A stretch of DNA of 64,000 bases from Lingula anatina (Eukaryota > Animalia > Brachiopoda): assembly GCA_051362555.1 (NCBI GenBank), contig CM120641.1, forward strand, positions 2,914,001 to 2,978,000, written 5' to 3'. The notes under the pieces were generated by a model, which saw only the letters and a list, made by a program, of their open reading frames with translations, was not told the origin of the DNA and ran no database searches. Positions 22,672 through 35,029 of this stretch are shown here, one piece after another. A program made the position numbers and the translations under genes. Numbering within the stretch: the stretch's first letter is position 1; the number at the start of each line of letters is the position of its first letter.

Positions 22672-25600
22672 CTTGTAGGGACGTGCAAGGGCCAAAGAAT
22701 CTCAATTTGTAATGATTGTGGAGCATGGAAAATTGACAAAATTTCATGAAGATCTACAAACATATCGGGGAATTGAAAAGGTGATTTATTTCATTTCTAA
22801 ATGTTTTTGTATGTTTTGTATATGTTTTTATTATTGTAGTTAATTTAAACACTTGCAAATAATTATTTTTGCCTTTATAGTATACTGAGTCTGGAGACAC
22901 TATAAATATTGTTACATTTTCTACAAACTTAAAATAAGACATGCAGTAATAATGTTCAAAGACTACAAAAGAAGTTATTTTGAACTATAAAAGTAATGGA
23001 TGTGTAGTTTTCTCTCACCAAATTATATTTGTTAAATAAATTATTAGGTTTCTTAACCTGTCTCTTTCAGATCCTACTGGGTAAATGCAATGAGTGTGAA
23101 GATCAAGATGAGGAAGAACATGACACAGCTACTGTAGATAATCTCATTCCTCCTTACATGCCAGTGAAGGAAGAGGGTGCTCCTTGTGTTACCATGAGTT
23201 CTGCCATTGCCCTGGTTAATAGGTCAGTTCTTCCTTGTAATCTTACATGCAAAAGAAAAAGAGAGAGAGGAAAGAAAGATAGAATAGAGTGGTAAATGGT
23301 TTATGTAAAATGTTTGTATTACAAAAGATATAACATTTATTTTTAATTGGTGCAGTATGTTGGACAGAGACTACAAGAATAAAAGGACAGGTGACAGTTA
23401 ACGAGTTCATTCTGCCAATTTCCACCCAAAGTGAGAATCAATCACAAGTCTACCAACAGCCAACGACCTGTGGGCACTTAGCCTGATGATACTCTTGTGA
23501 CAAGAGCAAATATGTAGTTTTACTAAAAATTTTGTTCCAAAGTAAGCGATTAATATCACTAAAATGTTGGTAAATAAAATTCCTTGCAAACATGAACAAT
23601 CTTATTGTTAATTTTCTAGAAATATTGTCTGACATTCTAGGTACTGTGCCAAATTGCCCAGTGATGCTTTCACCCACCTCACCCCCAAGTGGCACATTGA
23701 AGAGCAGGGCACAGACCCGGTTATGTATGTGTGTACATTACGGTTGCCCATTAACTCTCCAGTTAAAGAGCCGTGTGTGGTAAGTAAGGAATGTAAGAAA
23801 TTATAATTACAAGTTTACATTTACATCAATACACGGGACATGGTGGCCTGTAATGATGTCTTTGTGAAACTGTAATGTTTTCACTGGAATTTTGATGATA
23901 AGGAATGATTCTTTCAACAACAGGTAAAACTTATTGTATTTTATGTTCTAAATATTTAATTGTTCTAGATTATTTTACACTTCCTTATGGAAATAGAAGT
24001 GCATTTTAAGAATGAATTTGTCAGGTCTGACATTTTCTGTTTAAATTTTCCTTTCAGTTTATACAGTGTAAATGGGATATACAGAATGTTACTAATTTTT
24101 TCAAAATATTTCAGGGTGACCCTATGTCTAGTCAAAAGTTAGCCAAGATGGCAGTTGCTTTAAAAACTTGCCAGAAACTGCATGAGGCTGGTGAGTTAAA
24201 ATGTTCAGCAAAATTTATGTTGCTTGTTTGTATAAGCTGGGAAGAATTTCATGAAAAGAATAATGAAATAAATGTTTTAGCATTGAGTTTTGAAATAAAT
24301 GTTGTAGAATGTTTTTTTTACTTACTACAAAAAATTTATGTGTGCCTGATATAGCAGATATGGATATATGAATAACATTAAATGAGATATTTATCATATC
24401 TTTAGGTGAGTTGGACAATCATTTGCTACCCATTGGCACCATGAGAGAAATGCTGCGCTATGATGATGATGAAAATGAGTGGGACAGTGAGGATGTGCAA
24501 GGACAGGCACGACCAGGGACTACCAAAAGGAAACAGTATTATTACAAGAAGGTTGGCCAACAATTTGACCACTAAATTTTTAATTATTTATTTATTTATT
24601 TATTTATTTTTTGTCCAATTGTTGGAGTTTTTTCAATTGATATATAATGCTCTCAATAAGAGTTTGAATTAAGAGAGAAGACAGAAGTTTGTGCTGTTCT
24701 AAAGCAAAACTGTCAAATTTTTATCAGAATTATTTTTGTGTTTAAATTTTGTTTTAATTGAATTAGTGGTCAAAAGAAATTAAGTTCACAGTTCATCAAA
24801 GTACTTGGTTACTTTTTAGCTAGCTTCAAATTGAGTGCCTTACAGTATTCTAACAAGAGTCCAGTCCAACTAATTTAACAGAGAGTTGTTTTAATTTTAG
24901 ATAGCAGATGCGTTGAGTTGTGAATTTCCACAAGTTAGCCAATCCAGTTTTATGTACGTCATTAATATGAAACTAACCTGTCCAATCACAGAAGACCAAA
25001 ATACCAGAGGTCGTAAAATTTATGCCCCAGAAGATAACCCGAGATTCTTTGGGATACTGACCACTAAACTGATACCCAAGGTATGTAGTGTATGTGTGTG
25101 GTTTTTTAATTTTTAGTAAGGTGAGATTTCGGTATTGGGTAATAGAATTATCAAAAATGTATATTTTAGGTTACAGTTGTATGCATTTTATTTAATCTTG
25201 AAATAGTATTATAACAAATGTTTGGATTTAATATTATTGTTGTATATCGACTAAATTTAGCTGATTTTTATTTAATTAATTTTATTATTTATTTGTTTAT
25301 TTTGAAAATTACATGCCACTCAGACTGGAAAATGAAGTAAAATGTACTGGATAACATCTGTGTAACATAGGACACTGTTATTTCATGATTACAATCACAT
25401 ATTTTGTTGCAGATTCCCAATTTCCCAGTGTTCACCAGATCTGGTGAGGTGGGCGTGTCTCTCATACTGGCCCAGACAGATGTGGTTCTCAACGCAGAAC
25501 AGAATGAGAAGTTGTCCCAGTTTCATCAATATGTCTTTGAGAGAGTTTTACGTCTGCGTAAAGACCCCATGGTCTACACTCCCAAGCAGGCGCCCTCTGG

Positions 25601-28600
25601 TTGCATTATCATACCAGTGTATAAAGGTTTGTGTTTAAGGATTGGAGGTTCACACTTTAAATATAAATATTGTTGCTAATTGCTTAAGAGGACTTTTCTT
25701 GTCTAATTGATAAGAAACTGTGAAACTAAAATTTAAGTTGATTTTTAGATTAAAAAATGCTTTTGTGTTTTGTCTTTTTGACCCCAGTTATTACTTTCAG
25801 TGTACTTCCTGTACTTAGCTTGATACAGTCCAGTGTTTGTGTATATTTTAGTGATGATATTTTCACAGTTTTATCTGATTAGAAATAATTTTCTGTTGGT
25901 GTTGGACTGATGTGTATCAAACAGTTATGAGAAAATGTTTATACCTTTTGAACATTTTTTCACTTTTAGTAAGAAGTTTAGATAGCATGTAAATTTTTGT
26001 TTATATGTACAGACCACAATTGATATTTTCATTAAAATTCATAATGAGGTTCTTATGTATTTTGTTTCAGGAGATGAAGAGAATTATCAGGTGGACTGGG
26101 ATTTCATCAACAAGATTGACATGACTACGCCTCTCATTAGTCGCCGATCATACCTCTTTAAGCCAGATCGTGAAAAATTCACATTTGAGGATAACAAATT
26201 TGAGGATGCAGTGGTCATGCCAGCATATCGCAACATCGACCAGCCGCAGTTCTTTTATGTGGCTGAAATTCGCCATGACCTCAACCCGAGGAGTTCTTTC
26301 CCGTCTCCAGAGTTGTTTCGAACCTTCCAGGATTATTATTTCAGTAAATATGGCCTCAAGTTGACTGACATGAGCCAGCCTCTTTTAGATGTGGATCACA
26401 CCTCTGCCCGACTCAATCTCCTTACGCCCAGATATGTCAATCAAAAAGGTGTTGCCTTGCCAACCAGTAGTGCCGAAACCAAACGAGCGAGAAGGGAAAA
26501 TTTGCAACAGAAGCAGATTCTGATCCCTGAGCTCTGTGACATTCACCCATTCCCAGCATCCTTTTGGCGCAAGGCTGTTTGTCTGCCAACAATTCTTTAC
26601 CGCATCAACTACCTCTTGATAGCAGAAGAGATTCGAATACGCATCTCCTCTGAGGCAGGGATTGGTATAGCTCAGCTACCAAAGGACTACATTTTCCCCA
26701 ATTTGGATTTTGGTTTTAGACAAGAAATGGAAAAGCAGTGCCTACTGAATGGAATAGGAAGGGAAGATGAAGAGGGAGAGAGCACTGACAGTTTCGAAGA
26801 TAAAAGTGATGAAGATGAATGTGAACCTAATAAGCCTGCATGTGAAGTAGACACAGATTCCAAGAAAAGTGCAATAAGCACAATCTTGCCTACTACAACT
26901 GAAACACAAACCTTCAATGGATGTTCTGATGAACATGAGAACAAGGGACAGTTGGATCCAGAAATAAATCATCAGGATGTTCTGCTCCATAAGCGTTCTG
27001 GCCTTACTCTTAACCTGTCTCCAGCAACAAATCCCAGTGAACCAAATGCCAAGCAGGTACACAGCATGCCTGACAAGAAGCCTTTATTATTAGAATCTAC
27101 CTCACCTTTTCCAGAATCTACAGAAGAATCTAGCAAGACAAATGGGAGTCTAGAGCTCTTGAAAAACTGTGATAAGAATCAAGAATTATTTAGGGGGGAT
27201 AGTATAGAAGTGCAATCAGTGCCTGGTGGTGATTCTGACCTCATGGCCACTGCTGACTGTGATATTAAGGATTCTACTTCAGCTGCCAAGATAAGTTTTG
27301 ATGCAGATATAGAGCTTGAAAATTACATTGGACCAACCCCAAGTATGCTGATTCAGGCCCTGACCATGTCCAATGCCAATGATTTTTTTAACTTGGAGAG
27401 ACTGGAAACTATTGGAGATTCTTTCCTGAAGTTTGCTGTTACCATATATCTCTACTGCACCTATCCAGGTATTCACGAAGGAAAGCTGAGTAACTTGCGC
27501 AGCAAGCAGGTGAGCAATTTTAATCTGTATCGCCTGGGAAAGAAGAAGGGACTGGCAGAGTGCATGATAGCCACAAAGTTTGAACCTAATGAAAACTGGC
27601 TGCCACCAGGTTATGTGATTGACAGTGAGAAAACTGGAGGGCTGAAGATTCAGATTGCCTCTATGTGTAAACCAAAGACCAACCAAAGCACCTCCTTGGA
27701 AGAGAGCGTAAACCTCACAAATTCCTCTTCACAACAGACGAGTTCCAGCTTGGGCCAACTCCAGCAGAAATTCAACCAAGAACTGGAAGAGATCAATCAA
27801 GCTACAGAGACGGATACAGACGACCCGTCAGATGTGTGTGTCATTCCATATGATCTCCGCACGCAGCACAGTCTTCCTGATAAAAGCATTGCTGACTGCG
27901 TAGAAGCTCTGATTGGCTGTTACCTGACGCAGTGCGGACCCAAGGCGGCCCTACAGTTCATGTCGTGGGTAGGACTAAAAGTGCTTCCAGAAGTGGAGGA
28001 GAAGGAATCTCAGTCTCATGAAAACCGTAAAAGCTGTCATGACAGTGGAAACAATGGGTCAACTCTTAATGGACATACAGCCATGCCGGTTCCATCAGAG
28101 AGAGGGAAGACCCGGTTTCACCCGTTGCAGTCGCCACCCTCTCCCCTCCTTACACATGTTCCCAAGGCACTGCAGGTCCTAGAGCACTACCTCAGTGGAT
28201 TTGAACAGTTTGAAGAAACCATTCAGTACAGGTTTAAAGACAGGGCCTACCTCCTCCAAGCTTTCACTCATGCTTCCTACCATTACAACACTGTCACAGA
28301 TTGCTATCAGAGGTGAATACTCTTAGAGTGCGTTCCCAGAGATTTAGATCGATCCAACTGGATTGACCCAACTCCCTGGGGGGTCACACTTAATTGCTGT
28401 CAGCCGACTGCGCACGGAAGTTAATTACCACTTTACAGCTTTAAGTAGGCGGGACAGACGCTTAAGCCGGCTAAGCTGACAGTAATCTAGTGACACTCCC
28501 CACGGGGATAGATCGATCTAAAATCTGTGGGAATGGGGTCTTATTATAACAGTGTTGTTATTCCCTTTTTTTGTTTTGTTTTGCAAATCCTTAAAGAAAT

Positions 28601-31232
28601 TATTGCTTCTTACAAAAGAGAAAATTTTAAGCTGATAACCACATTAAATTTCTGAAGCTCAATATTGCTCATATTATGTTTTGACATGTATTATATACGA
28701 TGCATAATTATTTTGTCTAAAAGGCTGGAATTCCTTGGGGATGCTATTCTGGATTATCTTATTACCAGACACTTGTATGAAGATGACCACAAGTTTTCTC
28801 CTGGTAAGAAGCTTTTTTATGTGTGCTTCTTGTATGTTTGATAGTTTTTTTTTTTTTTTTTTTTTTTTACTTTCAAGTTATAAAGCCCCTGCCATAAAAT
28901 TGATATTTTGTGTTAACTCTCACACTGAAATATTATCTATGGCAATCTCCCTTTTTGAACTAATTCACTCACCCTCCACCATTACTGTGCAGTAATATGA
29001 GTGCTAAAACTATTGAATGCCCTTGGTGAATTTTTCATTTCTATCTTCAACTCCATGGACTATGGTATGAGCTTAATTGTTAACTTTATGCTCTTCTTAG
29101 GATTATAAGTACAGCCTGTTAAGTATATAACCAAGATTACCAACATTTTTTGTAGGTGTCCTTATAATTTTATTGTATACATGTATGTTGACAGTAATGA
29201 AGAGATATTGCATTGTTTTCACCATTGTTCCCTGTACCACTTCAGGTGTGCTAACTGACCTGAGGTCAGCCCTGGTCAACAACAACATCTTTGCAGCTCT
29301 GGCCGTGAAGTGGAACTTCCACAAGTTCTTCAAGGCAGTCTGCCCACAGCTGTTCTCTGTGATTGACGACTTTGTAGAGTGGCAGAAAGAGAGAGAGGAC
29401 TTCATCAATGTGGATCAGGAGGTTAGGCACTGTGTTAAGAAATGGCAGTATGGTTGGTGCATGGTCTCCCAAAATTCTTGCTTTAATTGCCTTGAGAGCA
29501 TTTTTGTCTTAAATCATAAGGTAACATACTCATCCTTGTGGTTTGTTTTCACCCAACCAAAAATGAATAAGAGCTCATGCTCACATATTAGTTTTTATAT
29601 GATTGGCTTAATTTTCTTAAATTTTTGAATTGGTCATTAATTTTATTTATATTGATAATATTTATTTGCTAATTAACAAATAAGCTTGTATTTTGTCTGT
29701 ACAAGCATAGCACAATATACTGAACAACATTTGGTTACATTCATTTATTTGTAACCTAAAGTCTTTTAAAAAGTGGCAGTTTAAAGGGTTTTTCTTTCCA
29801 TTTTTTATTTAGTTCATGGAAATAGATGGTGACAATGAAGAAGAGGGAGAGGATGTGGAAATTCCCAAAGCACTGGGTGATATATTTGAGTCGGTGGCTG
29901 GGGCTATATACATGGACAGCGACATGTCTCTAGACTCTGTATGGAGAGTGTACTTTCGCATGATGAAACCACAGATAGGTAAGCTGAGATTAGTCATACT
30001 TCATTGTGAAATGCCTAAAATTCATGATAAAAAATAGTTCTTGTCTTACAGGGATTAAGTAAGGAAAAGAATGATTAAAAGCAAATGTTACTGTCACAGA
30101 CTTTACCCAATTTAATTAACAGATCTGAAAAATTCCCCAATTCTTTTGCATTAAACTATTTTCTTCCAAAGATGACTCATGTTATGTTTCAGAGTACTGT
30201 TCACAATTAACATCCTTGTCCTTTTATATGATAGAAAATTACATACTCTAAAGTCATACAACAGTTGTATTATTATTTAAACAGTCACTATTTTGAGGTG
30301 TGAAATATTTATATTTATAAAAATCTTTTCCATTTTTCAGATCAGTTCACAGCCCATATCCCCAGATCACCTGTGAGGGAGCTGCTGGAACTGGAACCAG
30401 AAACAGCTAAGTTTGAGTAAGTGTATCTGCAATGAGCCAAGTATAAGGTGACTAGGTAGAAAGGCCCAACTCCTCGGGGGGGGGGGGGGTAGGGGGGGGG
30501 GGGGTTAAGGGGATCTGCAGTGACCCTAGTATAAGGTTACTAGGTAGATAGGTCCAACTGGGGGGGGGGACTCTCGCTGAATGCAATCAGATTTACTGAA
30601 CGACATGCCACCTCGAGCAGCTAGGGTTGATTAACTTTTGCTTTCCAAAGCTTTTTCACCCATGTTTTAGTGCTCAATGCCCATGAGGAAAACTCTGAGC
30701 ATGGGTACACCTCTACGGGATGGTTTCATGTATATAAGATTTATTATTTGTGATTTCTTTCAATACTTCTTATCTTAGTGCACAGTTGAATTGAGGCTCC
30801 TGTTGCACTTTTTTCAGGTTTTATATATATATATTTAATTAATTAATTAATTGATTAATTAATTTTTTTTTTTTTTTTGCAGACATTGCACTCAATATGG
30901 ATTAGGAATGGTGTATTTTCATGAAATTCCAGTGGGTGTATTTTAGTTACATAAGGTTTATTTCTTCTTTTAAAAGTTGATTTTCTTTTGCTCAATATTT
31001 TCATCCTTGTTTATTTACTTCTAGAAAACCAGAAAGAACCATGGAAGGAAAGATACGAGTAACTGTGAATGTGGTGGGCAAAGGCTCGTTCCGAGGACTG
31101 GGAAGAAATTACAGAATTGCCAAAAGTACAGCAGCAAGAAGAGCTCTCAAGTACATTAGGATGATTAAGTTGCAGGAAACTTTAGCACTAAGGAAGGCAA
31201 TGGCCCCAAGTCTTTTATTTAGCCAGCAGTAA
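17846..31232 (+). CDS. DICER1: Endoribonuclease Dicer (Dicer-1 type), complete, ~1881 aa
   Basis: 19 coding exons: 17846-17944, 18914-19076, 19381-19511, 20040-20421, 20962-21077, 21468-22265, 22679-22780, 23071-23222, 23641-23779, 24115-24190, 24406-24551, 24901-25080, 25413-25626, 26071-28312, 28724-28803, 29246-29421, 29813-29978, 30341-30416, 31025-31232; total 5646 nt, in frame. Domains: helicase ([21 protein letters not shown]), DUF283 (RYCAKLPSD), PAZ, RNase IIIa ([12 protein letters not shown]...ADCVEALIG), RNase IIIb ([11 protein letters not shown]...GDIFESVAG) and dsRBD. Confidence 0.98.
18019..18234. mobile_element. MITE with 27-bp terminal inverted repeats in a Dicer intron
   Basis: Left end CATGCCTTATAAATGGATTAGGCGTTT versus reverse complement of the right end CAGGCCCTATAAATGGATTAGGCGTTT (2 mismatches). 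Non-coding; no clean target-site duplication seen. Confidence 0.75.
20842..20933. repeat. (TA)n microsatellite
   Basis: About 46 uninterrupted TA units ending ~28 nt before a Dicer acceptor. Confidence 0.98.
22578..22670. repeat. (ATT)n microsatellite
   Basis: About 30 ATT units running to within 8 nt of the Dicer exon starting at 22679. Confidence 0.98.
28323..28542. mobile_element. Foldback MITE (GATCGATC family) in a Dicer intron
   Basis: Outer inverted repeat TTCCCAGAGATTTAGATCGATC / GATCGATCTAAAATCTGTGGGAA; inner inverted repeat GTCACACTTAATTGCTGTCAGC / GCTGACAGTAATCTAGTGAC. Confidence 0.75.
30425..30600. repeat. ~45-bp imperfect direct repeat x2 with long G-runs, followed by a MITE-arm fragment
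   Basis: ATCTGCA.TGA.CC.AGTATAAGGT.ACTAGGTAGA.AGG.CCAACT occurs at ~30425 and ~30513, each copy followed by poly-G. It is followed by GACTCTCGCTGAATGCAATCAG, which is shared with the MITE family. Confidence 0.75.
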
Positions 31233-33391
31233 ATGTAATATTAAAGGAGTACCTGGTGTGCAGAAATAGACAGATTAAAGTAATTTTTCTTAAGCAGCAG
31301 TTTATTGTAAACCAACCTGTATCTGGCATTTGGGATATGTGATCTTTTGTACAGTATATTCTTGCTATAATAGTGAGCTGCCCCATCTTGTGGCTTTTCA
31401 TATTTGAATACCGGTGATCATGTAAGTATTTCATAGAGTATTTTCCCTGTACGATCATTCTGACTTAAGCATGGCATTTCTACCTTGTTTTTATGATTGG
31501 TATATTTTATTTTGATAATCTCTGGGAGTTTTCAAGTTCATTTGTTGTTGAGATAAAAGTTGTCATCCTATCGAGTGCCATGTTCAGGTGCTAAAATGTA
31601 TGTGTACTCATCGCTACCTTTGATAAAATTGTTATATATGACAAAGCTCTGGTGTTACTCTGAACATAGTTTTGTCAAAAGGTGCTAGGTTTTGGTATCT
31701 TAGTTTTGTGCCAATTGTATTTTAAGAATTGTATCTAGAACAGTGTCACTTTATCTGGCTCCCTGGCATTTTAAAAATATGTTGTGATGTTATATGGTTT
31801 CATTAATCTTTGAACAGCTGAGTCATTATAAACTGGGTATCATTCATTAGTTGGACTGCTTTTTGTTTTGGAAATATATGGACGTTGATAGCTCCAAATT
31901 TTTCCAAAATTTCATTGATTTCTAGTTTTAAAGTAATGATATGTTTATGTTATATTATACCCACCAATATTAAATTTTAATGTTATACATAGTAATAGTG
32001 TTAACATGTTTGCCAAAGCAACAGGTTAAAGATGAGAAAAAAGTCATTGCTGTGCAGTTAAACTTGATTTTTTTTTAAGGAACCAGTTGTACCCTTGGTT
32101 TTATTATTGGGAGGTTGTCTCCAGTGGTCATTAACGACAAAGGAAGTGAATTAGAGGTAGGATGTGGATTTTAAACAGGTTTTTAATCTACTCTCTAAAG
32201 GTGTAATGCAAACTTGAATTTTTGAATCTCTCTGGTGATGATGATTTAGCCTCATCTCTGGCCTCTGTGACGTTTTCCATGGCTTTTCATAATGTGATAT
32301 TTATGCAGCTGATGCCACCTTATTGTTGTAAACTTGGTATCATAAGTCATATAATGGCAACTGTTTGCCAAAAAATTATTTTTATACAAAAAAGGAACAG
32401 TTTCTATGGGTTTACAGGTGTCAGACACTGTTAATCTAAAATACTGAGGGAACGAGGCTTAAAGTTTTGCCATATTGATGGCGTATGCGCATCAAACAAG
32501 CATGGAAATGTAAAGTAGCTAGTCTAAGAGTGTGGGGCGAGTAAAGAAGAATCATAATTATACATATATTTTAAACACCTCACTTATTGCAAACATTTCA
32601 GGATTTTTTTAACTACACAAATAAAAAACATTTTTAACAATTCCCAATTAAGAAGCAAGTATTTAATGATTTAACATTTTAGGGAAATATAATTACATAT
32701 TTATATTTGAATATCAATTTATTTCTGATTTTATTTGATTTCCATTGTGTTATATACTTGTAGATAATGTCATGTAAAAAAGAACTATTAATGGTATCTT
32801 TATAGGGCTTAAGTTCACTAATTTTAAACTTGAAGTAGTAGAACATATTTCATTCTGAATTTAATATCTCTACCACAGTTTTCTTTTATGAAGCGATTTT
32901 GAAAGCCAAGAGGATGTATGATTTTTGGAAGAGCAATATTTTGGTCACAACAGCAATATGACAATGAATTTCAGATTGTAGAAAACAAATATGAATAAAG
33001 TATGATTATTGTTTAAAAAGTGATTTATTTTATATTAAATGCTTAAGATCTCGGAAATTTCAGTGGAAGTGAGAAGGGATATGATTTGCCTCTCCTTTAG
33101 TACCATTTTCTGTTCTCATCTGTATCTTGGAAGTGGATTGTTCAGCTGCTGTATGGAAGTCTTTTGAGAGAGAATAAGTCCCTTGTATTCAAACTTAATG
33201 TCATTGTAAAATAAGCAGTAACATCTATCTCTCTATAAGCAAACAATTGTAGCAGAATAAGTAATTAGATACACAGCTGTTATAACTCAATAATATTACC
33301 TAAATATTTTTGTTTTGCTTCCATGCAATGTGCATATTCATGTATATTTTTCCTATCTTTGTTACTTTTTGAAATATCCACTTATGTCAAT

Positions 33392-34125
33392 CTACTGAAT
33401 TACACACGCCTCTGAATTATCAGTAGTCCTGTTTGAGATTTTAGCAAGGCAGATTGCTTCCATCCAGTTTATTTGCTCTTGTGCTGTGTCTGCACAGAAA
33501 TAAAATGTCCTTTTCTTGCCTTTAGGTTTGATACTGAAACCATTTATTTTGTTGTCAATGTCAGATTCAGCGATTTCGGCACCAACCAATGAAACAGCTT
33601 TCATTTTTGCCCTTGGAATCTGAAATTATATAATTATAAAATTATATACGGATTGCCTTAAATCCTTATGTTATCTTGAACGTCAATTAACACTGACCAT
33701 TAATGTTGCCTTCACACAGACGATGGTTTCTTTTCTTATTGCAGCAAACACCATAAAAACTTAGTAGCCCATGGTATGCCAAAATTAAAACAAGAGATAA
33801 GAGATGGAAAAAATGGCACAGAGACACTGACAATAGTTATCCAGCAAATCCCTGAGACAACAACATAATAAAGAGCACAACTACAATACAAACGTAATTC
33901 GGTCAGTGTTTACTGATGTACATGTACCTTATTTTGATCTTCGGGCTGATCACCGTACAGCAAATCCGTTTTATACAACAAACACCACTTTTTACACCAT
34001 TTCCGGGACAATTTTGATCTTTTATGTAGCCACCCCGATATTTCCTCTACTGATTTCTCGTCTTGGCTGTGGTTTTCGGTCTTTACACCTGAGCTGTCTG
34101 AGGGTACCTGCTCTGTGGTCTCCAT
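33392..34125 (-). CDS. Small stand-alone pleckstrin homology (PH) domain protein with C-terminal CaaX motif, 141 aa
   Basis: Exons 34125-33928 and 33619-33392 with a phase-0 GT-AG intron. ISGWLHKRSKLSRKWCKKWCLL matches PH beta1-beta2; FSIKPKGKKRTFYFCADTAQEQINWMEAI matches beta6-beta7 plus the terminal helix with its conserved Trp. The protein ends SEACVIQ*. Confidence 0.85.
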
Positions 34126-34705
34126 TTGTAAACAAACGAAAGCGAGGCTGTTTTTCAGGAACTGAAGAGTTGAAAAATGTGCGCACTTGAAATCGATGTG
34201 ACAAACGCAAAAATGTGATATATTGTATCTAGTGCATGCATCCACCGTGCATCTGCAACATGGTCTTAGTGGCAGCATATAACACGACGCAAATCATGTT
34301 TCGGTACTTTTCCTTATAACACGATGTCGATTTCAAACGTGTGGTTCATTCTAAAAATTTTAATAGGCCTATTGCTGCAAAATAGTGGGACCCCAGTAGT
34401 AAACTATTTCGTCTGCTTAACGCGTTTATAGGTCGTATTTTGTCTGATCTTAATCACTAAACGGCACTACAATGAAGGTCGTTTGGAAGGAGCCCTTATA
34501 TATAAAGCCATACTTAATTATGGACAACGATTTTGTGGTGTTTTGAATGGCGCGAAATGCTTCAAAATCTGAAAGTTCCTTTTATCTCGAGGTTGCAGGG
34601 CCAAAATGTCTGGTCCCACGGGATCGGGGGGGGGGGGGATACCTTTTTTTTTCAACTCCTGGACATTTAACGCAAATAATTAAAAAAGCATTAATAATAC
34701 AATTC

Positions 34706-34737
<32 letters not shown>

Positions 34738-35029
34738 AGGGGGTGGGACAGGATTCTTAAGTGACGGAGGCCCTTGACTCCCCTTATGAGTCTAGGAAAC
34801 TTTTAATTTTTCACTATTATTTTGTAAAAAGGAACGGTACTTTTACACAGAATTCGGGAATTAAAATTATATTAAGCGAATTCAAAGCACAAACACGCGC
34901 GCACACACATAAGTTACATAGGCCTACATGTAGGGCCTACACGTAGGCCTACCTACATACCGTGTGCCTTTAACAACTGCATTGGATTTTCCCCTTATAT
35001 ATCCTTCCCCAAAACACCATCGGTCTAAG

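Noticed and set aside
26170-27686. Antisense and alternate-frame ORFs overlapping the large Dicer exon
   Set aside because: Expected shadow ORFs of a long coding exon; no independent splice or domain evidence.
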